The notes below the pieces were generated by a model. It did no database searches. It was given only the letters and a program-made list of their open reading frames with translations, and was not told where the DNA came from. A DNA stretch of 12,646 nt from Gemmatimonadota bacterium. GTDB taxonomy: Bacteria > Gemmatimonadota > Gemmatimonadetes > Longimicrobiales > Gaopeijiaceae. Within the stretch, counting starts at the first letter, position 1; each line of letters starts with the position of its first letter. The stretch spans positions 1 to 12,646 of the forward strand of contig JBDHHQ010000145.1 of the NCBI GenBank assembly GCA_039589315.1, read 5' to 3'. The translations under genes and the position numbers were made by a program. This document shows, piece by piece, positions 7,236 to 12,646 of the stretch.

Positions 7236-8723
7236 CTACCAGGCCAGCTCGCCCTGCTCCCGCAGCACGCCCGCCCGCATCACGTGCGTGAGGCCCCGGA
7301 ACGCCCGGACGTCTTCGGTGGGATCGGCCTCCAGCACCAGAAGGTCCGCGATCTTGCCGGCTTCCAGCGTGCCGAAGTCGTCGAGGCGGGCCATGGCCCG
7401 GGCGCCGTTCCGGGTCGACATGACCACGATAGCCGTGGGCGCCAGCCCGGCGGCCTGCATGGCCTCCATCTCGTTGTAGATGGAGGGACCGTGGAGGGTC
7501 AGGGGATTCCCGGCGTCCGTGGCGGTTGCGACCCTGCCCCCGGCTTCGTGCACGCGCCGGACGTTCTCGAACATGACGGAGCGCCGCATGCCGGATCGCT
7601 CGAGCCGCTGGTAGAAGACCTCTGGGGAGCGCTGGGACTCGGGAAGAAACGAGCGCAGCTCCGCGGTCTGCTGGAGCTTGGCCCGGGTGCCAGGGTCGAC
7701 GCAGCCGTTCGGGTCGTCGATCTCGGGGGGTACGTTCAGGGCGATGGAGCCGCGCGCCCGGGTGGAGAACGCGCCCACCAGCAGGGTGGGCGCGTAGGTG
7801 GCGTCGTTCCGGAGCAGCAGCTCGAGGAACTCGTCGTCCACGGGTCGGTCCTGGACGCTGTGGACCAGGAGGGTGGCGCCGGCCCGCAGCGCCATCTTGG
7901 CCTCCCGGAGCGAAGTCGAGTGCACGATGAGCTCGAGCCCGGCCGCCAAGGCCTCCTCTCCCACCTGCATGAGGCGGGCGTCCAGCTCGTCGCGCCGGTC
8001 CGGCGGCGGCTGCAGGTACCACACCTTCACGGCCGACGACCCCATGTCCACGAGCTTCCGGACACTGGTGGACACCTCTTCGGGCGTGTCCATGGGCAGG
8101 AAGGTGTACAGCTCGTCGTCGGCCATGAGGGCCGTGCGCGTCGCGTGGGTGATGAGCGGCCCGGCTGCCCGCACGTGGGCGGCGTTCGGGTCGTTCTCGG
8201 AGGCTGCGGGCAGTCCGGTGGTCCAGGGGTGGCCCCCCACGTCGTAGACCGCGGTGATGCCGGTGCACAGGTAGGAGCGGTGCCAGCGCTCCGGGTGGTC
8301 CCGGTTGTAGCGGGACGTCTCCAGGTACGGGTATGTCGCGGGCGCGTCGAGGCCGTCGGGCCGCCCGTCGACCCAGCCGGTCTGGCTGAAGTGGACGTGG
8401 GCGTCCACCAGGCCGGGCGTGATGTAGCGGCCGGTCACGTCGACCCGGGCGGCGCCGGCGGGCACCGGGCACTCCGCCGCCGTGCCCACGCACGCGAGGC
8501 GGTCGCCCTCCACGAGCACCACCGCTTCGGGCACCGCGGGCCCACCGGTCCCGTCGATGACGGTGGCGCCCACCAGCGCGGTCGTCTGGGCTACCACCAG
8601 GGTCGGCCCCCCGAAGGTGGCCGCCGTCAGCGCGGCCAGCGCGATGGCGGTCACGGTCCAACGCCCCACTCGGACGGCCTGGCTGTGGGTCGACGACGCT
8701 GCGCTCGAAGGGGCACGGGACAT
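7236..8723 (-). CDS. Exported metal-dependent amidohydrolase family protein
   Basis: ATG at 8723 with GAGGA upstream. Signal-peptide-like N-terminus ending VVA-Q, then GATVIDGTG, PGLVDAHVH (HxH), VKVW, IVHS, LVHS, ATDAG and GTLEAGKIADLLVL. Ends in a TAG TAG double stop. Confidence 0.92.
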   Translation of the reverse strand: MSRAPSSAASSTHSQAVRVGRWTVTAIALAALTAATFGGPTLVVAQTTALVGATVIDGTGGPAVPEAVVLVEGDRLACVGTAAECPVPAGAARVDVTGRYITPGLVDAHVHFSQTGWVDGRPDGLDAPATYPYLETSRYNRDHPERWHRSYLCTGITAVYDVGGHPWTTGLPAASENDPNAAHVRAAGPLITHATRTALMADDELYTFLPMDTPEEVSTSVRKLVDMGSSAVKVWYLQPPPDRRDELDARLMQVGEEALAAGLELIVHSTSLREAKMALRAGATLLVHSVQDRPVDDEFLELLLRNDATYAPTLLVGAFSTRARGSIALNVPPEIDDPNGCVDPGTRAKLQQTAELRSFLPESQRSPEVFYQRLERSGMRRSVMFENVRRVHEAGGRVATATDAGNPLTLHGPSIYNEMEAMQAAGLAPTAIVVMSTRNGARAMARLDDFGTLEAGKIADLLVLEADPTEDVRAFRGLTHVMRAGVLREQGELAW

Positions 8724-8875
8724 GATCGCTCTTCCTCGGACTGTGGGTGGCTGGAGCCGGAGCCTGGAGGGTCCCCATGCGCGTGGCCCCGCTCGATCCG
8801 TCGAAGGATCCCGACACCACCAGGGCCGGAGCCACACTGAAGGCCGCTCGGGTGGGATCTCCGGACTCCTCGGCT

Positions 8876-9232
8876 CTACATGTACGCCGACGCCACGACC
8901 ACGGCCAGCACGAAGAGGAGCCCGTTGATGGGGAGATACTGAAACTCGCCCCGGCGCAGATGGGTCAACGCCGCCCCCGCCATCATCAGCGCCAGTCCCG
9001 CCGCCGCGATCGGCGTGAGCCGGGGCAAGATCCCAGTCGCCACCGGCGCGATGACGCCCAGGGCTCCCAATACCTCGAGGATGGCGATGCCCTGAACCTC
9101 CACCTGACTCAGGTCCTCGACGTACGGCATCCTGGACAGGAGCTCCTCACGCGACTTCACCAGCTTGGTCAAGCCCGACGCAAGGAACACGAATACGAGC
9201 ACGCCCTGGGAGATCCACAGGAAAGCGGTCAT
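8876..9232 (-). CDS. DoxX-like family membrane protein
   Basis: 118 aa with 4 hydrophobic helices. Motifs FLASGLTKL, LEVLGALG and AAAGLALMMAGAALTHLRRGE are typical of DoxX_2 proteins. AAGGA SD upstream. Confidence 0.88.
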   Translation of the reverse strand: MTAFLWISQGVLVFVFLASGLTKLVKSREELLSRMPYVEDLSQVEVQGIAILEVLGALGVIAPVATGILPRLTPIAAAGLALMMAGAALTHLRRGEFQYLPINGLLFVLAVVVASAYM

Positions 9233-9293
9233 GGCGTCGGTCCTTGCGTCGTGGGCCGATGCTTCGCGACTGGCCCATGTCGCGCCCCTGAGG

Positions 9294-11009
9294 TCAGCTC
9301 AGGAATTCCCTCGCGTGCTTCAAACCGGGTCGCGCCTCGGCGCCTTCCGCGGTCACGGAGAGGAGCTGACGATAGTGCTCGGCTGCCGTCCCGTCATCTC
9401 CGCCCAGCTCTGCTGCCCTTGCGGCCCCGTAGAGGCTGTTGAACCGGTTGGGGGACCGCTCCAGGGCCTTTTCGTACGCCCGCTGGGCTTCCTCATACTG
9501 GCCCAGGTCCAGGAGCATGTCGCCCAGAAGCTCGGTCGCCGGAAGGGCCTCACCCGGGGTGACGGGGTTTTTCGTGGTCCCGGACTCCAGCATCGCTGCC
9601 TCGGTCATGAGGGCCAGGCCGTCCTCGGTGTGGTCCTGAGCGTAAGCGACCCAGGCCTGGGCGGCCACCCGCTGGATCTCGACCTGGGTGCCCCAGTCGT
9701 AGGAGTCGGGCAGGGCAGCGGCCGCCACCTCCAGCTCGCCCAGCCTGGCGACGGCTCGCTCGGCGGTCTCGATGTCGCCCGTGTGAGCCGCGCCCAGGGC
9801 CCGGGCGAACTCGGGGATGGCCTCCAGGTGGGGATAGCGGTCCCAGTCGACCGAGGCCGGCCATCTGGCCTGAACGGCGGCAGCCCGCTGCCAGTCCTGC
9901 CGTTCCAGGGCGATTCGGGCTGGGACGGCGGCGAAGGCGTACGCGCTCGCTGCGTGATCGACCACCGGGCCCTCGAGGGCGGCCAGGTGATCGAGGACCT
10001 CCTCGGCCCGATCGTCCTGTGCGCGCTGCAAGTACGCGTAGGCCAGGTAGTCCACCGCGTGCAGGTGATGGTGGGACGTAGCCCCGTTGATCGGATGCTG
10101 CGCGGCCGCGTCGGCCGAGCGCGTGTTGTAGTCGATCGACTCCTCCCACGATCCCACGCGTGTGAAGATGTGGGACGTCATGTGCAGGGCGTGGGCGTTC
10201 TCCGGCGCCACCTTGCCGTAGCTCCGGGCAGCGGGCAGCGCCCTGTCCGCGAGCTGGGGCACGTCATAGGAGTGGATGATGTAGTGATGCGCGCCCGGGT
10301 GATCGGGAATGGCCGCAAGCACCCGCTCGGCCGCGCCACCCGCCGCCTCCCACTTCTCCATGGGACTGTCCGAGCCCGGCGCCGTCGCGATCAGCGAAAG
10401 CGCCGCGAACAGGGTCGCCTCGGGATCGTCAGGACGCGCGCTGCGCACCCGCTCCCACTCGTCGGCGTAGCTCGCGAGTCGGGCTGGCTCGGGGCGCTCC
10501 CGGGCGTCCCGGTAGTAGGCCTCGAGCGCCGCCACGTAGTCCTCTTCCCGGGCCGTCTCCAGCCCCACGCTGCGCGCCTGCTGCAATCGCTCCCAGCCCC
10601 GCTCGAGGTGCTCGTCGGACGGCACGTCGGGCCAGAGCGGATGCAGGTAGGTCATGGCCACGCCCCAGTGGGCCAGGGCGCACGCCGGGTCTTGCTCCGC
10701 GGCCTGCTCGAAGGCGCTCGCCGCCTCCGTGTAGGTCATGTTGTGGAGGAGCGCGAGGCCCAGACGCATCGAGGCGCTGGCCTCTTCGGTGCACGACACC
10801 GGAAACGCCACACTCCCCATCGAAGCGCCCGTCCCGTCGATGACCTCGGTGACGGCCGTGACGTCGAACGACGGGGCTGCGCGTGCCCCCTCGTCGGATT
10901 CGGCCCCACCTGAGGCATCGGACCCGCAGGCCGTGGCAAGAACCCACACCCCGGCCACCAGGGGTCTCCAGATCATCGGGCTATTCCAGGTCCGGCGCGC
11001 TAGTCGCAT
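9294..11009 (-). CDS. Putative lipoprotein with TPR-like repeats and His-rich motifs
   Basis: GGAGGAG SD before ATG at 11009. Lipobox-like VLATA-CG, TPR-like helices (AASAFEQAAEQDPACALAHWG; AQRAYEKALERSPNRFNSLYGA), and motifs HPGAHHYIIH and HALHMTSH. The ORF-track start at 11222 overlaps the upstream gene and is unlikely. Confidence 0.85.
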   Translation of the reverse strand: MRLARRTWNSPMIWRPLVAGVWVLATACGSDASGGAESDEGARAAPSFDVTAVTEVIDGTGASMGSVAFPVSCTEEASASMRLGLALLHNMTYTEAASAFEQAAEQDPACALAHWGVAMTYLHPLWPDVPSDEHLERGWERLQQARSVGLETAREEDYVAALEAYYRDARERPEPARLASYADEWERVRSARPDDPEATLFAALSLIATAPGSDSPMEKWEAAGGAAERVLAAIPDHPGAHHYIIHSYDVPQLADRALPAARSYGKVAPENAHALHMTSHIFTRVGSWEESIDYNTRSADAAAQHPINGATSHHHLHAVDYLAYAYLQRAQDDRAEEVLDHLAALEGPVVDHAASAYAFAAVPARIALERQDWQRAAAVQARWPASVDWDRYPHLEAIPEFARALGAAHTGDIETAERAVARLGELEVAAAALPDSYDWGTQVEIQRVAAQAWVAYAQDHTEDGLALMTEAAMLESGTTKNPVTPGEALPATELLGDMLLDLGQYEEAQRAYEKALERSPNRFNSLYGAARAAELGGDDGTAAEHYRQLLSVTAEGAEARPGLKHAREFLS

Positions 11010-11146
11010 GGTGCACTCCTCCCTTGGCGTCGTCATGGGCCTCTCGGGCTGGCCCCCTGTTCCGTGTCTTCCAACTGGGAATGCGCAGAAGAAGCTCGCA
11101 CGCCGGACATCCGACGCGATCAATGCAGCCGGTCCTCGCGCGAAAT

Positions 11147-11166
11147 GGCGCCGAAGCGCGGGCGCC
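11147..11166 (-). terminator. Possible weak terminator hairpin after the TolB-like/TPR gene
   Basis: On the - strand, ggcgcc-cgcgcttc-ggcgcc followed by atttc, about 15 nt after the stop at 11182. Confidence 0.25.
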
Positions 11167-11181
11167 CTCGTACCCCTCGGC

Positions 11182-12646
11182 TCACTCGGCCCACGACCGT
11201 TCGATGGAGTCCGCCCGGACAAGCAGTTCTTGAAACCGCGAATGACGTCGCAGCGAATCCCACCAGGGCTCGATGTGGAGTCTCTCGGCCGTCAGGAACG
11301 GGTATTCGTCCTGGAACGTCACCTCCAGGAGCTCGGTTGCCCGGGTCGTGTCTCCGAGCATGGCGTGAACTCGGGCCGCACCGACCAATGCATTCGGGCG
11401 CTCGAACCACGCGTCCGTTCGCGCGCCGTGAAGCGCGAGCAACGCCTCGATCTCGGCGCGCGCTTCCTCGGCCCTCCCGGCGGCGGCCAGAGACTCCGCC
11501 AGGAACAGGCGGCGTGGGGCCCAATCCGGAATCTCTTCGACGCCTTGGCGGAAGAGCTCGGTGCTCCGCTCGCCCAGAGCGCGAGCCTCGGAGTGGGCTC
11601 CCATCTCCCAAGCGACTCGCATCCGCCAGTGATCCACTGAGTGCAGCGTGAGCTGGTTCACCCATACATCGACGGGCATGCGGTCGAGGAGCTCCATGGC
11701 CGCATCGTAGTCCCGCCTCGAGACGGCGAGCTCGATCCTGGTCGGAAGCGCCGGATCGAAGCCGTCGTCTCGCACTGGCACTTCGTCGAGCACGCCCGAT
11801 GCGCCATCCAGGTCGACCTTCCAGTGCGCTGCTAGAGCATACCGCGTTGGCCAGGTGTCTAGTCCCAGCGCCTCCATATCGTCCAGAGTGGCCGTCGCGT
11901 CGTCGTAGCGCCGTAGCCGCATCAGGGTGCTCGCCCTCGCGAGCCGCCATTGACGTGACAGCGGATCGATCGCTTGCAGCCTGTTCAGGAAGTCGAGCGC
12001 CTCATGCAGAGAGCCCATGCGGCGTGCCGCCGAGAAGCGAAGAACGAGCACGTCGGGGTCACCCGGCAAGCTCGACTCGACCTCAGTGGCCGTCTCGTAG
12101 GCCTCCTCGAAGCTCTTGTCGAGCCAGTACGCTCGGAAACCGGCGGCAAGTCGTGCGTGGGGATCATGCGGAGCCAGCGCCAATGCCCTCCGAATCGCCG
12201 CCTCGCCTTGCCTGGCTCGGGACATGGCCGCATCCGTGCCCATGTACCAAGTCAACAAGTTCAGATACCCTAATTGCGCCCACGCCAGGACGAATCCGGG
12301 ATCGGTCTCCACTGCAGCCTCGAGCTGCTCGATCGCAAGGAGCCACGGTCCACGGTGACCGCTGATTCGCTGACCCTCCGCGTAGTGAGCTCGGGCCCTT
12401 ACGAACGACCGATACGCCTCCTGACTCTCCGTCGGTCGATGGTCGACACGAAGGTCGACACGAACCCGCTCTGTCGGAGACAGGCGCAGGCTCAGGGCTG
12501 CGGTGACCCGACTACCCACATCCGCTCGGAGACCCAGGAGATCCGAGCGGCTCCGCTCGAACGTCTCCGCCCACACCTGGCGGTCATGCTCTACGTCGTA
12601 GAGGTGGAGAGAGATCCTGACACGGTCGCCGGAAGGGTGAATGCTC
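11182..12646 (-). CDS. TolB-like + TPR domain protein (C-terminal part of a likely signalling protein), 5' end beyond the window
   Basis: The frame is open to the window edge: SIHPSGDRVRISLHLYDVEHDRQVWAETFER (TolB-N-like), PTESQEAY, TPR units (AVETDPGFVLAWAQLG; ALALAPHDPHA), and terminal EPWWDSLRRHSRFQELL. This architecture is typical of the tails of Ser/Thr kinase, cyclase or wHTH TolB-TPR proteins. Confidence 0.85.
   Translation of the reverse strand, partial: SIHPSGDRVRISLHLYDVEHDRQVWAETFERSRSDLLGLRADVGSRVTAALSLRLSPTERVRVDLRVDHRPTESQEAYRSFVRARAHYAEGQRISGHRGPWLLAIEQLEAAVETDPGFVLAWAQLGYLNLLTWYMGTDAAMSRARQGEAAIRRALALAPHDPHARLAAGFRAYWLDKSFEEAYETATEVESSLPGDPDVLVLRFSAARRMGSLHEALDFLNRLQAIDPLSRQWRLARASTLMRLRRYDDATATLDDMEALGLDTWPTRYALAAHWKVDLDGASGVLDEVPVRDDGFDPALPTRIELAVSRRDYDAAMELLDRMPVDVWVNQLTLHSVDHWRMRVAWEMGAHSEARALGERSTELFRQGVEEIPDWAPRRLFLAESLAAAGRAEEARAEIEALLALHGARTDAWFERPNALVGAARVHAMLGDTTRATELLEVTFQDEYPFLTAERLHIEPWWDSLRRHSRFQELLVRADSIERSWAE
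12441..12464. repeat. Perfect 12-bp tandem duplication within a CDS
   Basis: ggtcgacacgaa occurs twice in tandem (12441-12452 and 12453-12464). Confidence 0.9.

Noticed and set aside
7036..10913. Long ORFs 7036..8835 (-), 7197..8840 (+) and 9165..10913 (+)
   Set aside because: Shadows of the amidohydrolase and TPR lipoprotein genes, with no domain motifs.

Overview
GC-rich bacterial window; gene content is suggestive of a Gemmatimonadota-like organism, which is an inference. From left to right: (1) a membrane-anchored class III nucleotide cyclase on the - strand that runs off the left edge and is missing from the ORF track. (2) A divergent + strand cluster: a membrane-anchored sulfatase-like enzyme with a non-canonical TLPSH motif, an unannotated 53-aa 'YIGPET' membrane peptide, and a nucleotide-pyrophosphatase/type I phosphodiesterase-like gene broken by a frameshift near 3513. 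(3) A convergent GT-C-type membrane glycosyltransferase. (4) A run of - strand genes: a decayed CHAT-domain remnant, an exported amidohydrolase, a DoxX-like protein, a His-rich TPR lipoprotein, and a partial TolB-like/TPR protein. The best candidate for an undescribed system is the sulfatase-like + YIGP peptide + NPP-like + GT-C group, a possible cell-envelope modification module. Several lesions suggest local decay or assembly errors. No rRNA, tRNA, CRISPR array or mobile element was recognised.
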